From positions 1,408,001 through 1,472,000 of the forward strand of contig CAVRVY010000003.1 in assembly GCA_963724765.1 (NCBI GenBank): a DNA stretch of 64,000 bases. Direction: 5' to 3'. Source of the DNA: an uncultured delta proteobacterium (GTDB taxonomy: Bacteria; Desulfobacterota; Binatia; Binatales; Binataceae). Below, one piece after another: positions 25,690-34,580 of the stretch; within the stretch, counting starts at the first letter, position 1; each line of letters begins with the position of its first letter. Made by a program: the position numbers and the translations under genes. The notes beneath the pieces were generated by a model. It searched no databases and was not told the DNA's origin. It saw only the letters and a list, made by a program, of their open reading frames with translations.

Positions 25690-26658
25690 CTACTTTATCG
25701 CCACTGCGTTGGGTGGCGAGGCGATGCCGCCCTCCACGTTGAGTGGGCACGAGACCAGCATGAATTCGTACTGGCGGTCCTGATGGCAATCGGCGGCCAG
25801 CTCGTCGAGGACGAACTGCTCGCCCAGCGGCAAGCCCAACAGCGAGAGTGTGCGGTAGTGCAGGGCGCCTTCGTTGCGGAAGTCCCACGGCCATTGCTCG
25901 ACCGCCGGGCAATCAGTGCCAATCGCGGCGACCCGGCTGTCCCACATCCACGCCACCATCTCGCGAGTATCCTCGATGCCGCAGGCTTTGAGGTTTTTCA
26001 TCGGCGCCATCTCTGTCTTCTGTGCGGGCGTCGATTTGACGTAGGCCTGCATCCAGCCGGTGCGCAGCAGCAGCACGCTGCCGGGTTTTAGCGAGCCGCC
26101 CTGCGCCTTGAGCGCGTCCTTCAGATCTTGCAGCGAGTAGCGCTCGGGTTCGAGCGGGTTGACGGGCCGTCCCGCCTCGGCGCGGAACTTGAAGAGGTCG
26201 ACCAGGTGGCCCTTGCCGACGAACTTGTCGGCCCAGCTATGGATGCTCAGGCGGCCGGCCTTCACGTCGTCGGAGGTTTTGCCGTTGTAGAAGGCCTGAT
26301 GGCGCAAGTTGCCGACATGGCCGAGGCCGTCCCATTGAGCGCCCTCCTGGGTGTTGTAGTTGTCGAGCATGTCATCGAAGCCGAGCAGGCCGTAGGACTC
26401 GAAGCTCGACAGGATGTGCCTGGCGGGCTTGCGCTCGAACAGCGGCGGGTTGGCGTAGTTCACCCGCGTGTCGAGGCGGAAAATCCTGCCCTTCTTGACC
26501 ATCCGGGACGCTTCGATGACGCCCTCCGGAGTCAGGAAGTTGAGGCATCCGAGATCGTCGTCGTCCCCGAACACGCCCCAGCACGAATCCGGCGGCGCGC
26601 CCTTCTTGACCGGCAGTTCGGAGAACTTGGGCAGCTTTGCGAAATCGACCTTGGCCAT
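25690..26658 (-). CDS. Cyclase family protein (kynurenine formamidase-like metal hydrolase)
   Basis: WGVFGDDDDLGCLNFL, NTQEGAQWDGLGH, LLRTGW and GGIASPPNAVA. Confidence 0.85.
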   Translation of the reverse strand: MAKVDFAKLPKFSELPVKKGAPPDSCWGVFGDDDDLGCLNFLTPEGVIEASRMVKKGRIFRLDTRVNYANPPLFERKPARHILSSFESYGLLGFDDMLDNYNTQEGAQWDGLGHVGNLRHQAFYNGKTSDDVKAGRLSIHSWADKFVGKGHLVDLFKFRAEAGRPVNPLEPERYSLQDLKDALKAQGGSLKPGSVLLLRTGWMQAYVKSTPAQKTEMAPMKNLKACGIEDTREMVAWMWDSRVAAIGTDCPAVEQWPWDFRNEGALHYRTLSLLGLPLGEQFVLDELAADCHQDRQYEFMLVSCPLNVEGGIASPPNAVAIK

Positions 26659-26970
26659 GACAAGTCACCTTCCTCGCGTGCGCGTGGCCTGCGCGGCCGC
26701 GCAGTTTATGCGGGCGTCGTCCGGTCCGTGCTCGGTCCGGACAATCTTCAAAGTGGCCCGCGGATGAACGATTCACGCTCCGATCGTTCGTCCAACAGGG
26801 AAGCTTCTGTCAAGCCTGGCCCGTGCCTCACCGGGACGATAAAGGCCGCAGCCTGACAATCTGGGCTGGGCTTGGACGGTCCGCACGGATGCCGACGCTT
26901 GCAGCGTACCGGCGTGCACTTGAGGCGCCGATTTGTGTAGCGCGAGCGGTCGGCTATCGTATTCGCCACC

Positions 26971-28182
26971 ATGGGGAGAGCGAGACAAAGGGGTGGAGTG
27001 CGTGCGCTGGGAAGAGCAATTGGTACGGGCGTGGTCGCCGGATGGCTCGGCGTGCTCCTGCTCGTCGTCCTGAGCGCGTCCTGCGGTCATCAGTACTTTC
27101 TCACCGGGAACTCGTCGGCCACCCCGACCGCGACCGGGAGCGCAGGTCCGACCGCGACCCCAACGGCGGGGCTGGTCTTCGCGACTAACAATGGCGATGG
27201 CACGCTCAGTGAATTCAGCCGCAACCTCACAACTGGTGCGCTCACCTTGATCGGCACGACCGCGGCCGGTGCGGCGTCGGGACCCACCGGGCTCGCGCTG
27301 AGCCCCTCCAACGGGTTTCTCTACGTGGCCAACTCGGCCGACCATCTGGTGCGCGAGTTCAGCGTCGATACCTCCAGCGGTGCGATCGCCGGGATCGGCT
27401 CGGTCAGCGACGGCGCGAGCAGTTCACCGCAGCGCATCGCGATCGATGCAACGGGCAGTTTTCTGTACGTCACTGACGGTGTTGGCGGTACGATCTCGCA
27501 GTACACGATCGGCTCCAACGGCACGCTTACGGCCAACGGTTCGTTCACCGCCAGCGGAGTCGTCGTTCAGCCGCTGGGAATCGCGGCAGCGCCGGCCGGG
27601 GGTGCGATGTACGTCGCGGACTTCAGTTCGGGTCTGGTGATCTCGCTGGGCATTCTGTCCGGCGGGACGCTGGAGCTGATCAATAGTGTCGCGAGCCTGG
27701 GGACGAACGGTCCCGGACAACCGCGGGGAATCGTGGTCGATCCCACGGGCGATTTTGTCTACGTTACCGACAGCGCAGGCGGCGTGGTGTCGGTTTTTTC
27801 AGTGGGCACAAACGACGCTCTGACATTCTTGGCCAGCTACGCGACCGCGGCCCTCACTCGCAAGACGTTTGATCTTGCGCTCGCCAACAACGCGGCGGCG
27901 CTCTTCCTCTACGCGACCAACGGTACGATCAACACGGTCTCCGATTTCATCGCGAGTAGCGGAGTCTTGTCACTGCAGAGCGCGGCGGGTGGGCTCAGCG
28001 CGCCCGAGGGGATCGTCAGTGATCCCAGCGGAAGCTTTGTCTACGTGGCGAACAATGCCACCGGCCAGGTTCTGGGCTACACGGTGGGCGCGAACGGGGC
28101 GCTGAGCCTGATCGGCACGTTCGATACGGAAAACCCGGTCAATCCGGTAAGCTTCCCCGCCTACCTTGCGATTACGCAGTAG
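26971..28182 (+). CDS. Lactonase-family 7-bladed beta-propeller lipoprotein
   Basis: Lipobox LSASC, Pro/Thr linker and repeated P.GI..DP.G.F.YV blades. Confidence 0.82.
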   Translation: MGRARQRGGVRALGRAIGTGVVAGWLGVLLLVVLSASCGHQYFLTGNSSATPTATGSAGPTATPTAGLVFATNNGDGTLSEFSRNLTTGALTLIGTTAAGAASGPTGLALSPSNGFLYVANSADHLVREFSVDTSSGAIAGIGSVSDGASSSPQRIAIDATGSFLYVTDGVGGTISQYTIGSNGTLTANGSFTASGVVVQPLGIAAAPAGGAMYVADFSSGLVISLGILSGGTLELINSVASLGTNGPGQPRGIVVDPTGDFVYVTDSAGGVVSVFSVGTNDALTFLASYATAALTRKTFDLALANNAAALFLYATNGTINTVSDFIASSGVLSLQSAAGGLSAPEGIVSDPSGSFVYVANNATGQVLGYTVGANGALSLIGTFDTENPVNPVSFPAYLAITQ

Positions 28183-28240
28183 CGGGCGCGCCCGCCGTTC
28201 GCGGGACGCGACTTTTAACTGCGACGATACCTTTCGGCTC

Positions 28241-28388
28241 CCTCTCCTGGTCCAAGGAGAGGGGCGGGGAAAGGTCCGCTGATCGCTTTACGCGATCCGT
28301 TCGAAGTGGCTGCGGCACAGGGCAATTCAGGCTGACCTCTCCCGCCGCTCACGAGGCTCGCGGCGACCTCTCCCTGGTCAAGGAGAGG
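28241..28388. repeat. ~145-bp palindromic REP/MITE-like element, copy 1
   Basis: Starts CCTCTCCTGGTCCAAGGAGAGG and ends CCTCTCCCTGGTCAAGGAGAGG; colinear with 46015-46157. Confidence 0.8.
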
Positions 28389-28400
28389 TAAGAGATGGCG

Positions 28401-29537
28401 CTAGGTAAACGGGAGCGCCTTGGCGGGCTGCGGAATCCCCTTCTGCCGCGCGCGTATCAGCAAATCGCGCAGTTTGGCCGGGTTGACCGGCTTCTTGAAC
28501 AGCGCGCCTTCGAGTCCCTTGAGGCGGCTTCGCATGATGATGTGATCGGGGTCATAGTTGTACGCGGTCATCAGGACGACCGGCAGATGAGGCATCTCTT
28601 CCTTGACGCGCGTGTAGAACTCGTAACCGTCCATCTCGGGCATCACGACGTCGGAGATGACCGCGTCGACGCGCACGTTGCGCAGGATGCCGAAGGCGGT
28701 GCTCGGGCGGATTGCGGTGTAGACCTGGCAGCGTTCGGCGCGCAGCACGTCGGCGAGCGAACTCACGACCGACAGGTCGTCGTCGAGCACCAGCACTGCC
28801 ATCCCGGCCAGCGGCCAGTCGCATCCGTTCTTGGACGCGTCGGGCACCGCCGAGCGTTCTTCGGCTTCGGCGCCGCGCGGCGCAAGGTCGGCCATCTTCT
28901 TGCCCGCCAGGTAGTCGCGGGTTTCGTAGATGCCCTTGCGAGTCATCTCGTCGAGCCGGCGCACGATACCCTGAACGCGCCGGATGCCGCTGCGGATCGA
29001 GTCGAGCCGCTCGTGCTCGACCACCAACTCGGCGTCGGAGAGGTGCGCTTCTACGCAGCGCGCCAGCAGGTCGAGGTTGTTGGTGATGGCTTCCAGCGGA
29101 TTATAGATTTCATGCGCCAGGCTGACCGCGATTTCGCCGGCCGTCGCGAGCTGCTCGCGATGGCGCATCAGGCGGATATCGCGGGCGAAGCCGATCGAGC
29201 CGGCCTCGGTGCCGTCGTGCTCATAGATGATCGAGCCCGAGATGGCGACCGGGATGAGCTCGCCGTCCTTGCCGCGGAGCACGGTCTCGAAGTTGGAGAT
29301 GCGCCCCGAATCCTCGCCGGCGGCGCGCATCGCCTTCATTACGCGGCGCGCTTCCTCGAGCGAGGGGTAGATGGTGGTGATTTTCTGGCCGACGATTTCC
29401 TCGGCGGAGAAGTGCAGGCTTTTGCGCGCTCCGTCGTTGTAGAAAATGATCGTGCCGTTACGGTCGACCGCGATGATAATGTCTGGGGAGCTTTCGACCA
29501 GGCTTTGGAGATAGTTATGGTCCAATGATGACAACAT
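28401..29537 (-). CDS. PAS-HisKA-receiver signalling protein lacking a HATPase domain
   Basis: PAS (SPDIIIAVD...FYNDGA), H-box SLAHEIYNPL and REC (VLDDD, SDVVMPEMDG, MTAY, KP). Confidence 0.85.
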   Translation of the reverse strand: MLSSLDHNYLQSLVESSPDIIIAVDRNGTIIFYNDGARKSLHFSAEEIVGQKITTIYPSLEEARRVMKAMRAAGEDSGRISNFETVLRGKDGELIPVAISGSIIYEHDGTEAGSIGFARDIRLMRHREQLATAGEIAVSLAHEIYNPLEAITNNLDLLARCVEAHLSDAELVVEHERLDSIRSGIRRVQGIVRRLDEMTRKGIYETRDYLAGKKMADLAPRGAEAEERSAVPDASKNGCDWPLAGMAVLVLDDDLSVVSSLADVLRAERCQVYTAIRPSTAFGILRNVRVDAVISDVVMPEMDGYEFYTRVKEEMPHLPVVLMTAYNYDPDHIIMRSRLKGLEGALFKKPVNPAKLRDLLIRARQKGIPQPAKALPFT

Positions 29538-29975
29538 GATGGGTTGCCGCGGAAGTTATTAAAATCCCTCTACGCCAGGACGCGGCACGCCGGGCGAAGG
29601 GTTTGAAGTTTCATATTCAATCAGCGCGAAGCGACTTGTTCGCGGCGCGCGGCCGAACTCCGGCGGCGCGGCCGCCTTGTCCTATATCCAATATAACCTC
29701 GATTGGCGGCCCGTAGCGGATTTCGCGTGGCCTGACGGCCCCAAGGCTGGAAATCATCTTTGTCCCCTCCTGCATCTTCACCGCCGCCGCGGCCGAGACG
29801 CGCATCCCTCACAAGTACGAATTTTGCCAGCCTCTCGTAGCTGACGCGGGAAAAGTCGCACCCCTGCGGTGTCGTCCCCACCGCCGGTTTTGTGGACCCC
29901 GGATGCCACCCCGACCTGTTGGTTAGTCTATCCCGCGCGCAAGTGCAATGCATCTCCCCATAGGGAATAGACACC

Positions 29976-30030
29976 CAACAGGGGTAAACAAACCCTCAAC
30001 AGGAGTTAATAAACGCCCAACACGTGTCAA
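29976..30030. repeat. Three phased 13-bp direct repeats, period 21
   Basis: CAACAGGGGTAAA (29976), CAACAGGAGTTAA (29997) and CAACACGTGTCAA (30018). Confidence 0.6.
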
Positions 30031-30377
30031 AAATGGACACCAGGATAGATCAAGACGGGGCTAGCTATAGGGCAAGCCATGTCAAGGTCGTGCGTCGGGC
30101 GATGGAGCGACGAATGGCTGCGCCCGAAGCGGCGCTCTGTGCTCTTGGTCTTGTAGCGATGTGTGCGGTGTCCTCGCGCTCGGCAAGGGCGGCGGATACG
30201 TTGCGAATCGAAGGAGGGTCACAGGCGCCTGCCGCGAGGCCTCTAAAAATGTCCACGCTCGACAGACGAGGCGAGAAGCAGTCGCCCGCTTTTGAGGTTC
30301 AAAATGCTTCACTACCCCAAACTTGTATCCATGTCATGCCCACACCGTATAAACTCTGAAGGGTCCGTGTCAGGGTT

Positions 30378-30392
30378 TGGCACGGAGATTCA
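30378..30392 (+). promoter_or_regulatory. Possible sigma54-like promoter upstream of the vWA operon
   Basis: TGGCAC-GGAGA-TTCA: perfect -24 box, but the -12 box lacks the conserved GC. Confidence 0.25.
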
Positions 30393-30581
30393 AGTGGCGG
30401 CGCCTGGGAAGCCTGCGGAACCTGTCGAGTCGCCGGACTTGCCGAAAGCGGCGGATTGGGCGAGGAATAAATCGGTTGGCGGGGGAGTCCTAAATTGAGT
30501 GGTGCTCGGCGGCTTAGGGCAGCGGTTCAGTTGCCATAGCATCGCGCTTACACCTACAATTCGTGCCGGAGAGCATCTTAA

Positions 30582-31892
30582 ATGGCAGAACCTCTTAGCT
30601 TCGAAGCGCTCGCGAGCCGCGAGTACGTGCTTTCGAGCGCGGAAAATTTCGTTCTGTACGTCTTGCTCGAAGCAATTGCGCAGGGCGGAGGCGGCGCGGG
30701 CGGCGGCTCACGATTGCCATTGAACCTGGGCCTGGTAATCGACCGCTCGGGTTCGATGTACGACGAACGGCGCCTCGAATTCGTGATCGAGGCGGTCAAG
30801 TTTCTCGCCGAGAACGTGGCGCCCCAGGACAAGGTCGCGGTCGTCGCCTTCGCTGACCGCGCCAAGGTGATCGTCGGCTCGGACGAAATCCATGACAGAG
30901 GCGTCGTGCGGCGCGCGATCGAGGATATCGATTTGCTCGAGATCGGCGGCGGCACGCAGATGGCGTTGGGGATGCGTGCGGCGATCGACGAGGTCAAGAA
31001 AAATCTCGCGCCCAACCGGCTCAACCGCGTCCTGGTGCTCACGGACGGACAGACCTACGAGGAAACCGCCTGCATCGATCTGGCCAATCAGAACCGCGAT
31101 CAGATGTCGTTCTCGGCGATGGGCGTGGGGGTCGAATTCAACGAGAAGCTGCTGATGCGGATCTCTCAAGACTCGCACGGCAAGTATCACTTCATCGGGA
31201 ACCCGGCGGAAATTCCCGGCATCTTCGAGGACGAACTGGCGGGCCTACGCGCGGTCAGCGTGCGCAACGGACGAATCGAAGTCACGCTCGCGCAGGGCGT
31301 GCAGGTGCGCGAGGCCTTTCGCGCCAGTCCCGAAATCTACTCGCTCGGCGCGCCGCTGGTTGGCGAAGACCGCCATATCAGTTACGAGATCGGTGACCTG
31401 GAAGCCAACGTTCCCGGCTCTGTACTGATGACCCTGGTGCTGCCGCCACGCAAGCCCGGACCGGTGCGAATTCTGCAATCGAACCTGCGTTACGAGGTGC
31501 CCGGCGTCGGCGAACAGAGCCTGGGCCGCGACCTGACCGTCGAGTACACGCTCGACCGCACGCTCACCGGCAAGGTCAGTGGGCGCGTAATGAACCTGGT
31601 CGACCAGGTCTCGATCGCCAAGATGCAGTCGCGCGCCGAAGAGGAACTCAAGGCGGGCAACGTGGATCGCGCGACACGCCTGTTGAGCAATGCGATCCAG
31701 GGCACCCAGCGTCTGGGTAACGTCAAGGCGACGCAGGCGCTGGTGGGCTTGATGAATGAGGTCAAGAAAACCCAGACGCTGCAGACCAAGGCGGCCAAGA
31801 CCACGCTCTTGCAGGCCCAGGCCGTGGTGCGCAAAACCCAGATGCTCGATCCGGACGCTCTGAAGGATTTTTCCAAGCCCGACCAGGGGTGA
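30582..31892 (+). CDS. vWA-domain protein (YfbK/CLCA-homolog type)
   Basis: MIDAS DRSGSM, GGT and LTDG; C-terminal beta domain and helical tail. Confidence 0.9.
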   Translation: MAEPLSFEALASREYVLSSAENFVLYVLLEAIAQGGGGAGGGSRLPLNLGLVIDRSGSMYDERRLEFVIEAVKFLAENVAPQDKVAVVAFADRAKVIVGSDEIHDRGVVRRAIEDIDLLEIGGGTQMALGMRAAIDEVKKNLAPNRLNRVLVLTDGQTYEETACIDLANQNRDQMSFSAMGVGVEFNEKLLMRISQDSHGKYHFIGNPAEIPGIFEDELAGLRAVSVRNGRIEVTLAQGVQVREAFRASPEIYSLGAPLVGEDRHISYEIGDLEANVPGSVLMTLVLPPRKPGPVRILQSNLRYEVPGVGEQSLGRDLTVEYTLDRTLTGKVSGRVMNLVDQVSIAKMQSRAEEELKAGNVDRATRLLSNAIQGTQRLGNVKATQALVGLMNEVKKTQTLQTKAAKTTLLQAQAVVRKTQMLDPDALKDFSKPDQG

Positions 31893-31973
31893 CAGTCGAA
31901 TTGAAATTAATCTGACCGTAGAGTCGGCCTGAGATGGCGATGCCGTGATGCCGGCCAGTGAGGTGCTGAGAAG

Positions 31974-32627
31974 ATGATCAAGTGCAGCGAGTGCGGCTAC
32001 GAAAATATCGATGGGCTTGACTATTGCGACGGCTGCGGCGCGAAGCTGAATGCCGCGGCCCCGGCGCCGGCAGGCGAAAGCGGCGGGGCTGCCGCCTCCG
32101 AATCGGCCGCCGCGGAACCAGCGCCGGCCGAGGCCGCGCCCGCCGAGGCCGCCTCCGAGGCTCCGGCGACACCGCCTCCATCCGAAGCGCCGACCGGCGA
32201 AATCAAGCCGCCGCCCGAAGCGAGCGCCACCGCAGCGGCTGCTGCGCCGGCCGCGGAAGCCCCGGGGGCTGCGGCGGAGGCTTCGACGGCACGCGCCAAG
32301 CTGCAAGTCGTGCGCGGCGGACGCAAGGGCCAGGAGTTCCCGCTCGAGGACGGCAACAACCTGGTCGGCCGATGGGATCCGGAGACCGGCGCGTTTCCCG
32401 AGGTCGATCTCGACCAGGACGATCCCGAGGCCAAGATCTCGCGCAAGCACGCGCTCATCCGCTTTGAGGGCGGCAAGATCACGGTCGAGGATATCGGCAG
32501 CCTCAACGGCACCTATGTTAATCGCCAGCCGCGCCTGATGCCTGGAAATCCGATCGAGCTGAAAACGGGTGACGAGATCATTATCGGCAAAACATTTCTC
32601 AAGTTGATCGTCGAGCCGGTTTCCTAG
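31974..32627 (+). CDS. Zinc-ribbon + FHA domain protein
   Basis: CSECG...CDGCG, Ala/Pro/Glu linker and FHA (VGR, ISRKHA, DIGSLNGT). Confidence 0.92.
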   Translation: MIKCSECGYENIDGLDYCDGCGAKLNAAAPAPAGESGGAAASESAAAEPAPAEAAPAEAASEAPATPPPSEAPTGEIKPPPEASATAAAAAPAAEAPGAAAEASTARAKLQVVRGGRKGQEFPLEDGNNLVGRWDPETGAFPEVDLDQDDPEAKISRKHALIRFEGGKITVEDIGSLNGTYVNRQPRLMPGNPIELKTGDEIIIGKTFLKLIVEPVS

Positions 32628-32715
32628 ACCCGAGGTGCGTGAGATGCCACGCGGAGGCCCGGTCGGGGAGCCGGGCCTTTGCCGTCTCGGCGCCAGGTTG
32701 GATCGCTAAGTCATC

Positions 32716-34560
32716 ATGAAACCCGGTGAGCAGCTTCCCGCCGGTCAAATGCTCGATGGCCGTTACCGTGTACACAAGGTACTCGGCCAGGGCGGGATGG
32801 GACGGGTCTATCTCGCCAACGACACCCGTCTGGCCAACCGGCCCGTCGCCGCCAAGGAAATGATCATCGGCGACGGGATCGCCGAGAAAAAAGCGATCGA
32901 AGACTTCGCGCGCGAGGCCCGCGTGCTCGCCTCGCTTTCGCATCCGGGCATCCCCAACGTCATCGACTACTTCGCCGAGAACAACCGCCATTACCTGGTG
33001 ATGGAGTTCGTCGCCGGCGGCGATTTGCAGGGCATGCTCGACAAGCTCGGGCCCAAGGGCAAATTGCCCGAGACGCGGGTGCTGCGCTGGGCGCGCCAGA
33101 TGCTCGACGTGCTCGGTTTTCTGCACAGCCAGACGCCGCCAATCATCTATCGCGACCTCAAGCCCGGCAACATCATGATCGACAAGGACGGCCGTGCGAT
33201 GCTGATCGACTTCGGCATCGCGCGCTTCCTGCCGCCCGGCGGACGCGGCACGCAAATCGGCTCGGTCGGCTATGCTCCGCCCGAGCAGTACATGGGCAAG
33301 GTCGAGCCGCGCTCAGACCTCTATTCGCTCGCCGCCACGATGCATCATCTGCTGAGCGGCCGCGATCCGCAGCTCGAGCCGCCGTTTAGCTTCCCACTGC
33401 TGCGTGATCTGAGTCCCGAAGTATCGATAAAGACTGCCGAGGTCGTGATGCGCGCGCTCGACAAGGACGTCGAAAGGCGCCCGCCCTCGGCGCGCGACAT
33501 GATGCACGCGCTGCCGGACCCTGGTCCCGAGCCCAAGGCCTCAGGCGCACTCGGTTCCAGCGCGGGCAGTAGCGCGCCGGTGGCCTCCATGCGGACCGTG
33601 GTGCTCGACCGTCCGCAATCAGGCGGCTCGCCCGGCGTGGCCGTGCAGCCCCCGGCAAGCGGGCGGCGTCTCGGCGCGCCGCCATCGTCGAGCAGCGCGT
33701 CCGTGAAACCGTCGCCGACCAATATGCCGACCGTGGTGCTAGGCCGTTCCGAACCTCGAGGACCCGCCGCTGCCGCACCTCCGTCTGCGTCACCACTGGC
33801 CGCGCCGCCGACGCTCGCGTCGAGCACGGCGGCAGGCGTCGCCAGGGTGAAATCGCTGGCGCGGTCGGCGCGGGCGATGGCGCAGCGGGCGGCGGCGAAG
33901 ATAGAAGCACAACAATCGCTGTTCGCCAGGCCTGCTGACGTCTCTTCGACCGCCAAAACCCAGGACCTAAGCGGCAAGGCAAAGGAGGTGGCGCTGGCGA
34001 CGCCCGTCGCCGCACCCTCCAGAAGCGAGTCGATCTCGAAGAGCGGGCCGGTCTCGAAGGTTCGGGCCAAAGAAGTCCCCTCGGGAACAAAAGCAGGCTC
34101 ATCCAGGAACGCCGCGCCGAGCGGGTCCGCGTCTGTTTCTTCGAGCGCATCGTTGGGTGCATCGTCGGGGGCGTGGACTGCGAGCGGCAGGAAAGCCGGC
34201 CAAAACGGCAACTCGCCGGCGCCCTCGGATGCGCAAATCAATGCGGGCGCTTGGCTGGTTGCGAGCGGCAGCGCGCCGCGGTTCGGGCTGATGCAGAGCC
34301 GCACGATCGTCGGACGCGCGCTCGGCGGCGAGGAACCCGATATCGACCTCGGCACGCTCAAGGGCATCGCCGATCGCGTCTCGCGCCGCCATGCCGAGAT
34401 CATCAAACACGGCGCGGACTACTTCATCCGCGACCTTGGCAGCCTCAACGGCACCTACATCACCGGCCGCGGACGCCTGGGCCGCGACCAACTCTACAAG
34501 CTCAAGGATCGGGACCAGGTGGTGTTCGGCAGCGCTAAACTGGAGTTTCGAAAGGGCTAA
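32716..34560 (+). CDS. Ser/Thr kinase with C-terminal FHA domain
   Basis: GQGGMG, AAKE, YRDLKPGN, DFG and YAPPEQ; long low-complexity linker; FHA (VGR, SRRHA, DLGSLNGT). Confidence 0.93.
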   Translation: MKPGEQLPAGQMLDGRYRVHKVLGQGGMGRVYLANDTRLANRPVAAKEMIIGDGIAEKKAIEDFAREARVLASLSHPGIPNVIDYFAENNRHYLVMEFVAGGDLQGMLDKLGPKGKLPETRVLRWARQMLDVLGFLHSQTPPIIYRDLKPGNIMIDKDGRAMLIDFGIARFLPPGGRGTQIGSVGYAPPEQYMGKVEPRSDLYSLAATMHHLLSGRDPQLEPPFSFPLLRDLSPEVSIKTAEVVMRALDKDVERRPPSARDMMHALPDPGPEPKASGALGSSAGSSAPVASMRTVVLDRPQSGGSPGVAVQPPASGRRLGAPPSSSSASVKPSPTNMPTVVLGRSEPRGPAAAAPPSASPLAAPPTLASSTAAGVARVKSLARSARAMAQRAAAKIEAQQSLFARPADVSSTAKTQDLSGKAKEVALATPVAAPSRSESISKSGPVSKVRAKEVPSGTKAGSSRNAAPSGSASVSSSASLGASSGAWTASGRKAGQNGNSPAPSDAQINAGAWLVASGSAPRFGLMQSRTIVGRALGGEEPDIDLGTLKGIADRVSRRHAEIIKHGADYFIRDLGSLNGTYITGRGRLGRDQLYKLKDRDQVVFGSAKLEFRKG

Positions 34561-34580
34561 ATGCCCAAGGGCCAAGTGTG

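Noticed and set aside
29976-30030. CRISPR array or plasmid iterons
   Set aside because: Only three degenerate 13-mers with 8-nt spacers; no cas or rep gene.
30024-30359. 111-aa ORF in the long intergenic region
   Set aside because: Atypical codon usage, no clear RBS or motif; cannot be supported, though not excluded.
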